Source: Myxococcales bacterium
GTDB taxonomy: Bacteria; Myxococcota; Myxococcia; Myxococcales; Anaeromyxobacteraceae
Assembly (NCBI GenBank): GCA_038320275.1
Contig: JBBQEB010000024.1
Coordinates: 1-30,912 of the forward strand
Reading direction: 5' to 3'
Length of the DNA stretch: 30,912 nucleotides
Part shown: piece by piece, positions 7,670-16,381 of the stretch
How positions within the stretch are numbered: position 1 is the first letter of the stretch
Layout of the letters: each line of letters starts with the position of its first letter
Position numbers and translations under genes: made by a program
Notes under the pieces: model-generated
What the model was told of the DNA's origin: nothing
The model's database searches: none
What the model saw: the letters and a program-made list of their open reading frames with translations, nothing else

Positions 7670-8897
7670 CTTCGCGCTGGCGGTTGCGGGGGCGCTTCTG
7701 CTCGCGCCCGCCGTGGCGCGCCCGCAGAGCCCGCAACCCCCGCAAAGTTCGGCGTCCGGAGCGCTCGGGCCGGCCGCCGCCGGCTCGCGGGTCGCCGCGG
7801 GCGGAGCCCCGCCACTCGGTGCAGGCCCTCGGATTGCCCTCTTCCCGCTCGAGAACCTGGCCGGCACCGCCGCGCCTCTGCGGGAGCTGCGTGGCGCGCT
7901 GGAGGCGTCGCTCGCCCGCGCCGGGCTCCGGGTGGTCGCTGCCGAGACGCTCGACGCCTTCCTCACGAAGCACCGCGTCCGCTACACCGGCGGGGTGGAG
8001 TCCGGCATCGCGAAGTCCGCCGGCGAGGAGCTGGGCGTTTCGGCCATCGTCCTCGCTGCGCTGGAGGGCTACGCACCGGACGCGCCCCGCCTCGCGCTCA
8101 CCATGCGGGCGGTGGGCGCGCGCGAGGAGGCCCCCATTCTCTGGATCGACGGGCTGAGCCGCGCCGGGGACGAGTCGCCCGGGTTCCTGGGGCTCGGGCT
8201 CGTGCGGAGCCCGGTCGTGCTGCAGGAGCAGATCTTCTCACGGCTCTCCGGCTCGCTGGCGGCGGCGCTGGCGGGCAAGGGGCCGCTCGCCGGCGCCTGC
8301 GAGGGGGCTGGCCGCTTCCGCCCCAAGGTCCGCTACCGCTCCGCCCTCCTCTCCCCGGGCCGCAACTACTCGGTGGCGGTGGTGCCCTTCCGCAGCTTCG
8401 CCAAGCGCCGCAACGCGGGGGACCTCCTGGCGCTGGAGCTCCTCCGGCAGCAGGCCGCCACCCAGGGCTTCCGCGTCATCGAGCCGGGCGTGGTGCGGGA
8501 GGTGATCCTGAAGCACCGCATCGTGATGGAGGGCGGGGTGTCGCTCGACCAGGTCCGCACGCTGGTGGGGGCGCTCGGCGCCGACCTCGTCATCGCCGGC
8601 GACGTCTTCGAGCTGGACGACGCCGGGAGCGTGCCGGTGGTGAGCTTCACCGCCAGCATGCTGGACGCCCGCACGGGCGACATCGTCTGGCAGGCGAGCG
8701 CCTACGCCCGCGGCGACGAGGGGCTGCGGCTCTTCGGCACCGGGATCGTGCGAACCGCCCCCGCCCTCGCCTGCAGGGTTCTGCGCACCTCGCTCGACGA
8801 GCTCTTCGACCTGAAGGCGTTCGAGCCCATCGAGCGCCGGGCGAGCGAGCCGGCCAAGAAGGGCGGCTGGAAGCCGCGGGAGGGCGGCGCCGAGTGA
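7641..8897 (+). CDS. oscG: Secreted protein with two CsgG/TolB-N-like domains (OscG-like)
   Basis: Signal peptide, then a duplicated domain starting RIALFPLENL and SVAVVPF, with LGADLVIAG and DARTGDIVW. Overlaps the previous gene. Symbol is positional. Confidence 0.78.
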   Translation: MTSSRSCSSSFALAVAGALLLAPAVARPQSPQPPQSSASGALGPAAAGSRVAAGGAPPLGAGPRIALFPLENLAGTAAPLRELRGALEASLARAGLRVVAAETLDAFLTKHRVRYTGGVESGIAKSAGEELGVSAIVLAALEGYAPDAPRLALTMRAVGAREEAPILWIDGLSRAGDESPGFLGLGLVRSPVVLQEQIFSRLSGSLAAALAGKGPLAGACEGAGRFRPKVRYRSALLSPGRNYSVAVVPFRSFAKRRNAGDLLALELLRQQAATQGFRVIEPGVVREVILKHRIVMEGGVSLDQVRTLVGALGADLVIAGDVFELDDAGSVPVVSFTASMLDARTGDIVWQASAYARGDEGLRLFGTGIVRTAPALACRVLRTSLDELFDLKAFEPIERRASEPAKKGGWKPREGGAE

Positions 8898-9088
8898 GCG
8901 GTCGAGACTGTGCGCGTTCTCAGCACGGCCTTCAACCAGGCGCTCCGCGCCTCCCTTCGCGAACGGTAGAGGCAGGAGCCAGGTGCAAAAGTGCCGCCCG
9001 CCCATGACCCCGCGCAACCCCTGCGCCTCATCGGCGCTCGGATTTCGTCAAAACGTGAGTTTTAGCGGCACTTTGACGCAGTTCACGG

Positions 9089-9104
9089 CGGCATGAGCGT
9101 TGCA
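9089..9104 (+). promoter_or_regulatory. Internal sigma54 promoter upstream of the PPIase and cytochrome genes
   Basis: cGGCATGagcgTTGCa has GG at 9090-9091 and GC at 9102-9103. It is preceded by an AT-richer patch with the inverted repeat cgtcaaa/tttgacg (9046-9078). Confidence 0.7.
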
Positions 9105-9194
9105 CGCTCCCGCGTCACCGCCGCTGAGAAGTTCGACACCTGGTGCTTCCGCTCTGAAAAGGGGCCGCGCCCGGTCTTTCGAGGGTCTCCACGC

Positions 9195-10958
9195 ATGAAC
9201 CGTCTCGCCGCTGGGCTGCTCCTCACCGCACTTCCAGCCCTGCTCAGGGCCGCCGATGCTCCGGCGCCCGCCGCTCCCGCCCCTCCAGTCGCTCCCCCGG
9301 CGGCCGCGGCGAGCGCCGGCCCCCGGCCGGAGTCGATGTCCGCCTACTTCACGGGCGAGGACGGCACGCCAGCCAAGGCGCCCCTCTTCGCGGACGGCTC
9401 GCGGGCGCTGCCCATCGCCAAGGTGGGCGGCGAGCCCATCGCCCTCTCCGAGCTCATGACCGCGCTCGGCACCGCCCACGACACCATGACGAAGGAGGTC
9501 CACGCCGGCGGCAAGGACTTCAAGCCGGTGCTGGACCGCCTGATCGACGTGAAGCTGGTGCTGCTGGAGGCCCGCGAGATGGGGCTCGCCGATCAGCCGG
9601 AGGTGAAGAAGGCCGTCGAAGGATACGTGGAGAGCGCGACCATCCAGGAGCTGCAGAAGCGCGCGCTGGTGGACGTGAAGCCCGACCCCGCCGAGGTGGA
9701 GAAGATCCGCCGCATCGGGGTGAAGGAGGGGAAGGTCCAGTCGGTGCTGTTCAAGACCGAGGCCGACGCCAAGGCGTTCGCCGCGGCGGCGAAGAAGAGC
9801 GGGTTCGACGCCTCCGCCAAGGCCGCGGTCGCGAGCGGCAAGGCCACCGGCGGCAAGCCGGCCGAGTTCGTGCCGCTCCAGAAGCTGCTGGGGCCGGTCG
9901 CCAACGCGCTCGAGAAGATGAAGAAGGGCGAGGTGAGCAAGCCGGTCAAGATCCCGGAGGGCTTCACCGTGCTCGAGCTGGAGGACATCCGCTACCCCGC
10001 GAACGCGGCGGCGCTGGCTACCGCCCGGGAGATCGCGCTCGACGCGGCCCGCAAGCGGGCCATCCAGAAATACTACGACGGCCTCGTCGCGAGGTACGTC
10101 AAGACGGACAAGGCGCTGCTGAAGCGGCTCGACTTCCAGGCCAAGAAGCCGGGCTTCGCGGCCCTGGAGAAGGACCAGCGCGTGCTGTCGCGCGTGGAGG
10201 GAGGGGCGCCGCTCACCGTGGCTGAGCTCACCACCACGCTGAAGGAGCAGTTTTATCACGGGGTGGACTCGGCCATCCGCGAGAAGAAGGTGAACCGGCA
10301 GAAGCTGCCCACGCTCGACGCCATCCTCTCCCGGCGCGTGCTGCCGCTGGAGGCGAAGCGGCTCGGCATCCCGGAGTCGCCCGCGTTCAAGAAGGGCGTG
10401 GCCGACTACACCGATAAGGTCGTCTTCACCTCCTTCGTGGAGAAGGTGGTTCTGCCGGAGGTGAAGGTGCCGGACGCCGAGCAGCAGAAGTACTACGAGG
10501 CGCACAAGGCCGAGTACACGCTGCCCGCCTTCTACAAGCTCGAGAGCATCGCCTTCCCGGACGTGAAGCGAGCCCAGGCCGCGCTCCAGAAGCTCCAGTC
10601 TGGAACCGATTTCGCCTGGCTGCGCGCCAACGCCGAGGGCCAGGTGAAGGAGGTCTCCCGCGGGGTCAAGTTCGAGGGCGGCACCGTGTCGGCGAAGGCG
10701 ATGCCCGAGGAGCTCGCGAAGCTCCTCGCCAACGCCAAGGCCGGAGACTACCGCCTCTACTCTGGCGAGGGCGACCAGCACCACGTCGTCCACGTCCTGC
10801 AGGTGACGCCGCCGGAGGTAAAGTCGTTCGCGCAGGCTCAGGACGGCATCCACCAGAAGCTCTACGCCGACCACCTCAACGCCTCCATCCGCCAGTTCTC
10901 CGACAAGCTGCGCCAGGCCCATCCGGTGAAGGTCTACCTCAAGAAGATCGGCTCCTGA
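9195..10958 (+). CDS. oscH: PpiC/SurA/PrsA-type peptidyl-prolyl isomerase chaperone (OscH-like)
   Basis: Signal peptide. SurA-N-like IAKVGGEPI, LDRLID..L.LLEAREMGL. Parvulin-like MKKGEVSKPVKIPEGFTV. The architecture is duplicated in the C-terminal half. Confidence 0.88.
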   Translation: MNRLAAGLLLTALPALLRAADAPAPAAPAPPVAPPAAAASAGPRPESMSAYFTGEDGTPAKAPLFADGSRALPIAKVGGEPIALSELMTALGTAHDTMTKEVHAGGKDFKPVLDRLIDVKLVLLEAREMGLADQPEVKKAVEGYVESATIQELQKRALVDVKPDPAEVEKIRRIGVKEGKVQSVLFKTEADAKAFAAAAKKSGFDASAKAAVASGKATGGKPAEFVPLQKLLGPVANALEKMKKGEVSKPVKIPEGFTVLELEDIRYPANAAALATAREIALDAARKRAIQKYYDGLVARYVKTDKALLKRLDFQAKKPGFAALEKDQRVLSRVEGGAPLTVAELTTTLKEQFYHGVDSAIREKKVNRQKLPTLDAILSRRVLPLEAKRLGIPESPAFKKGVADYTDKVVFTSFVEKVVLPEVKVPDAEQQKYYEAHKAEYTLPAFYKLESIAFPDVKRAQAALQKLQSGTDFAWLRANAEGQVKEVSRGVKFEGGTVSAKAMPEELAKLLANAKAGDYRLYSGEGDQHHVVHVLQVTPPEVKSFAQAQDGIHQKLYADHLNASIRQFSDKLRQAHPVKVYLKKIGS

Positions 10959-10989
10959 CGTGGCGGGCGCTCCGCAGCGAGGGTCCATC

Positions 10990-12996
10990 GTGAACCGTCT
11001 CCCCCACGTCCGCGCCGCCCTGGCGGCGCTGCTCGCGACGGGCGCGCTCCTCCTCTGCGCGGTGCCCCTCCGCGCCTCCGCCCAGCTCGGCAAGGGCGGC
11101 GACACCACGGCCGCCAAGGGCATGAAGGGCCGCGACTGCATCGACTGCCACAAGAAGTTCGAGGAGAAGTACGGCGGGATGCCCTACGCGCACTCGGCGG
11201 TGAAGGCGCGGCGCTGCGAGGATTGCCATCTGCGGCACGGCATCGTCCCGAAGCTCATCCTGAAGACGAGCGGCAACGCGCTCTGCTACTCCTGCCACAA
11301 GCGCGAGTCGATCGGCATGGACAAGCCGTTCGTGCACAGCGCGCTCAAGGAAGGCGCCTGCACAGGCTGCCACGATCCGCACGGCGCCCAGGCGAAGCAC
11401 CTCCTCAAGGCAGAGGGGAAGGCCGCCTGCTACGGCTGCCATGACAAGACGCGGTTCGAGGGCAAGGTTGTGCACGCGGTGGTGAACTCGCCCGCGAGCT
11501 GCGGCACCTGCCACGCAGCGCACGGGTCAGCCCAGAAGAATCTCCTCAAGGCCGAGCCGCTGAAGGCGTGCGTCGGCTGCCACGACGCCGCGAAGCCCGC
11601 CTTCGCCAAGGCGCACGGCGGCTACCCGGTGGCCACCAGGACCTGCACCACCTGCCACGATCCACATTCCTCGGCGCAGCCCAAGCTCCTGCGGGCCTCC
11701 ACGCACAATCCCATGGTCACCGGCTCCTGCGACGCCTGCCACGCCGCGGCGACCTCGGCGAAGCCCTTTGCGGTGAGCGAGAAGGGCGCCAAGCTCTGCG
11801 CCAATTGCCACGACGACAAGACGCTCACCGCCGGCGGCAAGGTGGTGCACGCTCCGTTCAGCTCGGGCGACTGCCTCTCCTGCCACGATCCGCACGCGGC
11901 CGCCGGCGCCAAGCTCACCCTCGCCTCGGGCAACAAGCTCTGCTTCGGCTGCCACCCGGCCATGGCCGAGAAGGTGAGCGTGCCGCACAAGCCGGTGATG
12001 GCGGCGAACGGCTGCGTCTCCTGCCACAGGCCACACGCCGCGCCGCAGAAGGCGCTCCTCTCCACCGACGCCAGCACGCTCTGCCAGTCCTGCCACCAGG
12101 CCTCGAAGGCCAAGGTCGCGACCGCCAAGGTCGTCCACAAGCCGTTCAGCGCGGGGCAGTGCATCGCCTGCCACTCCCCGCACGGCTCGAACTTCCCGGG
12201 CATGCAGAAGGCCCGGGGAGACCGCACCTGCTACAAGTGCCACCAGGACGCGGAGTCGCGCTTCGTGAAGGCGCACACCCATCGTCCCGTGATCGACGGC
12301 AACTGCAGCGCCTGCCACACCGGCCACGCCTCCGAGACGCCCAAGCTGCTGCGCGCGAGCGGCGCCAAGCTCTGCCAGGGCTGCCACGCCGAGATCATGA
12401 AGGCGGTGGCCCAGGGCGGCACCACGCACCCGCCCTTCGCTTCGGGCGACTGCCTGACCTGCCACGATCCCCACGGCTCGAACCAGCCGGCCATGCTGGT
12501 GTCGGACGCGAAGACGCTGTGCGCGGGCTGCCACCCGAGCGTCGAGAAGGAACAGCAGGGCGCGAAGAGCGTGCACGCCGCCTTCGGCACCGGCGAGTGC
12601 ACCAAGTGCCACGGCGCGCACAAGGCCAACTTGAAGAAGCTGCTCCTCGCGCCGAGCCCGGACCTCTGCCTCTCCTGCCACAAGCCGATGGCGGCGAAGC
12701 TCGCGAGCGAGAAGAAGCACCAGCCGGTGGACGACTGCCTCTCCTGCCACAAGCCGCACGCCTCCAAGCAGGCGCACCTCGGCACGGCGCCGGTGGCGGA
12801 GCTCTGCGGCGGCTGCCACGACGGGAAGGCCAAGGGGTTCGCCAAGGCGCACCTCGGCATCGACCCCGCGACCATGGCTTGCGTGAGCTGCCACGACCCG
12901 CACGCCTCCAAGGACCCGAAGCTCTTCAAGGCGGTCGTGCACGCGCCGTTCGCTGGCCGGCAGTGCGAGGCCTGTCACGTGGGGGAGACGAAGTGA
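10990..12996 (+). CDS. 26-heme periplasmic c-type cytochrome (doubled-CxxCH repeats)
   Basis: 26 CxxCH motifs counted by hand, repeat H.P....CxxCH.PH......L......LCxxCH, signal peptide. GTG 10990 follows GAGGG (alternative start 10960). Confidence 0.92.
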   Translation: MNRLPHVRAALAALLATGALLLCAVPLRASAQLGKGGDTTAAKGMKGRDCIDCHKKFEEKYGGMPYAHSAVKARRCEDCHLRHGIVPKLILKTSGNALCYSCHKRESIGMDKPFVHSALKEGACTGCHDPHGAQAKHLLKAEGKAACYGCHDKTRFEGKVVHAVVNSPASCGTCHAAHGSAQKNLLKAEPLKACVGCHDAAKPAFAKAHGGYPVATRTCTTCHDPHSSAQPKLLRASTHNPMVTGSCDACHAAATSAKPFAVSEKGAKLCANCHDDKTLTAGGKVVHAPFSSGDCLSCHDPHAAAGAKLTLASGNKLCFGCHPAMAEKVSVPHKPVMAANGCVSCHRPHAAPQKALLSTDASTLCQSCHQASKAKVATAKVVHKPFSAGQCIACHSPHGSNFPGMQKARGDRTCYKCHQDAESRFVKAHTHRPVIDGNCSACHTGHASETPKLLRASGAKLCQGCHAEIMKAVAQGGTTHPPFASGDCLTCHDPHGSNQPAMLVSDAKTLCAGCHPSVEKEQQGAKSVHAAFGTGECTKCHGAHKANLKKLLLAPSPDLCLSCHKPMAAKLASEKKHQPVDDCLSCHKPHASKQAHLGTAPVAELCGGCHDGKAKGFAKAHLGIDPATMACVSCHDPHASKDPKLFKAVVHAPFAGRQCEACHVGETK

Positions 12997-13007
12997 GGCA
13001 CCACACC

Positions 13008-14285
13008 ATGCGAACCGCCCCGCTCCTCCTCGTGTGCGCGCTCGCTGCCGCCGCCGCGCTGCCGGTCGCGGGCGCCGCCGGCCCCAACGACGCCAGGTGG
13101 AAGCTCCGCCCCGGCGCGCAGGGCAAGCTCTGCCTCGACTGCCACACCGGGCAGTTCCAGGACGTGCTGAAGAAGGCGTCGGTGCACACGCCCGTGCGCA
13201 CCGGCGACTGCGTCGGCTGCCACAATCCGCACGCGGCCCAGCACGCGAAGCTGCTCGCCGACGATCCCAGCAAGACGTGTTTCGCCTGTCACGACGTGGT
13301 GCCCAAGGCGCCGAAGAGCACGCACAAGCCCATCTCCGAGAAGGGCTGCGTGAGCTGCCACGACCCGCACGCCTCCAACTTCAAGTTCAACCTGGTGAAG
13401 GCGCAGGGCGACCTGTGCGCGAGCTGCCACAAGGGTATCGCCGAGGGGGCGGCCAAGGCCAAGGTGAAGCACGGCCCGCTCGCGAAGAACGGCTGCGGCG
13501 CCTGCCACAACCCGCACGGCTCAGCCAAGGCGACCAAGCTCCTCTCGAACGAGGTGCCCGGGCTCTGCGTGGGCTGCCACAAGGTGGACCGGCCGGGGTT
13601 CGCCGCCAAGCATTTCAACTACCCGGTGGCGAAGTCGCGCTGCACGAGCTGCCACGACCCGCACGGCTCGAACAAGAAGGGCATGCTCTACGACCGGGTC
13701 CACGCGCCGGTGGCGAAGGGCATGTGCTCGCAGTGCCACAACCCGGCCGGCTCCCCGGCGGCCCTCGCCACCCGCCAGCAGGGCGTGGCGCTGTGCAGGG
13801 GCTGCCACAATCAGGCCGTGAACGGGATGATGGACAAGAACCAGATCCACCGTCCGGTGGCCGAGGGGAGCTGCCTCTCCTGTCACAACCCGCATGCGTC
13901 GCCCGCCAAGGGCATGCTCAAGGGCACGCAGCTTCAGGTCTGCGGCACCTGCCACGAGGACTCGATCAAGCGGCAGACCCTCTCGCCCACCAAGCACGAG
14001 CCGGTGAAGGACGGCAACTGCACCGCTTGCCACGAGGCGCACTCGTCGAACCAGTCGCTCATGTTCGTGAAGGCCGACATGACCGAGATGTGCGGCGCCT
14101 GCCACGACTGGCTCAAGCACTCATCGCATCCGATGGGCGCGAAGCTCACCGACCCGCGCAACAAGAACCTCCACGTCGACTGCCTGAGCTGTCATCGCGC
14201 CCACGGCACCGAGTACAAGCACATGATGCCGTACGCCTCGACGTCCGACCTCTGCACCAAGTGCCACGAGAAGTTCTCGAGGTGA
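13008..14285 (+). CDS. 16-heme periplasmic c-type cytochrome (doubled-CxxCH repeats)
   Basis: 16 CxxCH motifs counted, signal peptide MRTAPLLLVCALAAAAALPVAGA. Alternative GTG 12993 overlaps the previous stop. Confidence 0.92.
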   Translation: MRTAPLLLVCALAAAAALPVAGAAGPNDARWKLRPGAQGKLCLDCHTGQFQDVLKKASVHTPVRTGDCVGCHNPHAAQHAKLLADDPSKTCFACHDVVPKAPKSTHKPISEKGCVSCHDPHASNFKFNLVKAQGDLCASCHKGIAEGAAKAKVKHGPLAKNGCGACHNPHGSAKATKLLSNEVPGLCVGCHKVDRPGFAAKHFNYPVAKSRCTSCHDPHGSNKKGMLYDRVHAPVAKGMCSQCHNPAGSPAALATRQQGVALCRGCHNQAVNGMMDKNQIHRPVAEGSCLSCHNPHASPAKGMLKGTQLQVCGTCHEDSIKRQTLSPTKHEPVKDGNCTACHEAHSSNQSLMFVKADMTEMCGACHDWLKHSSHPMGAKLTDPRNKNLHVDCLSCHRAHGTEYKHMMPYASTSDLCTKCHEKFSR

Positions 14286-15205
14286 TGGCCGTGATCCCCT
14301 TTCGCAAGCTCGCGCTGCGCGCCGCCGGCGCGGCGCTCCTCCTCGCCGGCGCGCCCGCCGCCCGCTCGCAGGGCATCGCGCTCACCTTCGAGCAGGCGGT
14401 CTACGCCGATGGCGCCGACAAGGACGCCAAGGCGCTCAAGGCTCCGCGAGGCGTGGCCTGCGGCGAGACGGGCGGGGTGGTGGTGGCCGACACCGGCAAC
14501 GGGCGGCTCGTGCGCTACGCCCTGCGCGAGGGGCGGCTCTCCGGGGGCACCGAGATCAAGCTGCCGCAGCTCACCTACCCGGTGAGCGTGGAGCTCGACA
14601 GCAAGGGCACCATCCTGGCGCTCGACGGCAAGACCCGGAAGCTGGTGCGGGTGGCGCCGAACGGGACCTTCCAGGGGGTGGTGGAGGTGCGCGGGGCCTC
14701 GGGCACTGCGGTGCTGCCCTCGAGCTTCGCCATCGACGCCGCCGACAACCTGTACGTGCTCGACGCGGCCACCCGGCGCGTGCTGGTGCTCGGGCCGGGC
14801 GGCGCCATGACGCGCCAGGTGGAGCTGCCGAAGGAGGGCGTCTTCACCGACGTGGCGGTGGACGCGTCGGGCACCGTGTACGCGGTGGACGCGGTGGGCG
14901 TGGCGGTTTGGTCGGCGGAGAAGACGGCCCCGGCCTTCAAGCCCCTCACGAAAGGCATGAAGGACAAGATGAGCTTCCCCTCGCGCATCCTCGCGAAGAA
15001 GGGGCGGCTCTACCTGGTGGACGAGCACGGCATGGGCATCGTGGTGTTGGGAATCGACGGCAGCTACCAGGGTCGCCAGCTCAGCCTCGGCTGGAAGGAG
15101 GGGTTCGTGTACTACCCCGACCAGCTCTGCATGACAGACGCAGGCCAGGTCTTCATCGCCGACCGCGACAACAACCGGGTGCAGTACTTCACCAGCGTGA
15201 AGTAG
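14285..15205 (+). CDS. Secreted NHL-repeat beta-propeller protein, last gene of the osc cluster
   Basis: TGATG coupling, signal peptide, NHL motifs PRGVA...VVVADTGNGRL and VFIADRDNNRVQYF. Confidence 0.88.
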   Translation: MAVIPFRKLALRAAGAALLLAGAPAARSQGIALTFEQAVYADGADKDAKALKAPRGVACGETGGVVVADTGNGRLVRYALREGRLSGGTEIKLPQLTYPVSVELDSKGTILALDGKTRKLVRVAPNGTFQGVVEVRGASGTAVLPSSFAIDAADNLYVLDAATRRVLVLGPGGAMTRQVELPKEGVFTDVAVDASGTVYAVDAVGVAVWSAEKTAPAFKPLTKGMKDKMSFPSRILAKKGRLYLVDEHGMGIVVLGIDGSYQGRQLSLGWKEGFVYYPDQLCMTDAGQVFIADRDNNRVQYFTSVK

Positions 15206-15310
15206 GCCCGGAGGACTCGCGCCGGGCCCTCCCCTTGCGAGGCTTGCGAAGGTCAGGAACTCGGCTGGGGTCAGGACGCGCGGGTCGCAGCCGCTCTCCT
15301 CGCTGCGGAC

Positions 15311-15350
15311 TTCGGCCGAGCGTAGCGCACCTTGGCGCGGAGTCGAAGGG
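15311..15350. repeat. REP-like element between convergent genes
   Basis: ttcggccgagcgtagcgc...gcgcggagtcgaaggg shares the gcggagtcg core with the copies at 1277-1296 and 1520-1541. Confidence 0.5.
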
Positions 15351-15478
15351 GCGGCCCGTCTCCGGGGAGCCGGGCCGCCCTCGAGTCCGTCCTCCAGTTC
15401 CAGGGCCCGGCGCTCGACGATCCCGGGCCCGACGGCCGGGGGGGCGCGAAGTCCCCGCCCCGGCCTCACCTCACCTCA

Positions 15479-16258
15479 TCAGTGGCAGCCGAAGCAGCTG
15501 CCCGTCCAGAGCGGCGTTACCTCCAACGTGCCGTTCCGGTGCTGCGACTGCCCGGTCCTGAGCACCACGTTCGTCGCCACCACTTTGTGGGTGACCTGGT
15601 CGTAGGAGATGAGGCCAGTGGCGTCTGGATGGCAGGTCTGGCAAGCGTTGGTCGTGCCGTACATGGACGGGTAACCGTGCTGCCCGCTGTGCCAGGCGTA
15701 CGCGGTGGGCGGCATGCCGTGGCAGGCGCCGCAGGAGCTCGAACCGCCCGTCGCGTACCAGGAGGGCGTCGGCAGGCTGCCTCCCGCGCCGCCGCCGTAC
15801 GGGTAGGACGTCGCCATCATGCAGCCTCCCTCGCTGTCGGGGACGCCCGGCGGCTCGCAGTTGTAGGAGTAGGCGCTGACCGTCCACGTCCCTGACGCCG
15901 TGTGGCAGGCCACGTTGGAGCAGGTCTTGGCGGTCGCATCGAAGGTGGGCGCCGGCTTTCCGGTCGCCACGGCGGGGCCGCTCGGGTCGAACTGGAGCAC
16001 GCCGCCGCACATGTGACAGGTGGTGCAGCTTGCGAAGGCGTGCTTCGCGTGCCCGCCGTTCGGCGTGCAGATGGGGCCGGTGGGGAGCCCCTCGCCCTGC
16101 ACCAGCGCGGAGGACCGCCCTCCGAGGCGCTCCACTCCCACCTGCGCCGCCGGACTGGACGTGCCCGTGGGCACCTCGTCGCCGCACCCTGCGAGCGCCA
16201 CCGCGGCCAGGCTGCCCGCGATCCATCCCATCCAGGAACCGCGCCTCGTATCACCCAT
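15479..16258 (-). CDS. Multiheme lipoprotein cytochrome c, CxxxxCH/CxxCH domain family (5 heme motifs)
   Basis: AGGGAG RBS, lipobox LAG-C, motifs CTTCH, CSNVACH (CX4CH), CGACH, CQTCH and terminal CFGCH. Confidence 0.88.
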   Translation of the reverse strand: MGDTRRGSWMGWIAGSLAAVALAGCGDEVPTGTSSPAAQVGVERLGGRSSALVQGEGLPTGPICTPNGGHAKHAFASCTTCHMCGGVLQFDPSGPAVATGKPAPTFDATAKTCSNVACHTASGTWTVSAYSYNCEPPGVPDSEGGCMMATSYPYGGGAGGSLPTPSWYATGGSSSCGACHGMPPTAYAWHSGQHGYPSMYGTTNACQTCHPDATGLISYDQVTHKVVATNVVLRTGQSQHRNGTLEVTPLWTGSCFGCH

Positions 16259-16381
16259 GGTGTCACTCCCTGGGGTCGCACGATGCAGCCGTCGCGACGT
16301 GCGGTCGAGTTTCGGGCGCAGCGCGCGTTCACCCCGGGGCAACATGCACAGAACCGCCGCGGCAGGGCTTGATCCACATCA

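Noticed and set aside
16340..16362. sigma54 promoter for the lipoprotein cytochrome
   Set aside because: The best candidate (cGGcggttctgtGCa) has 9-nt rather than the obligatory 10-nt spacing.
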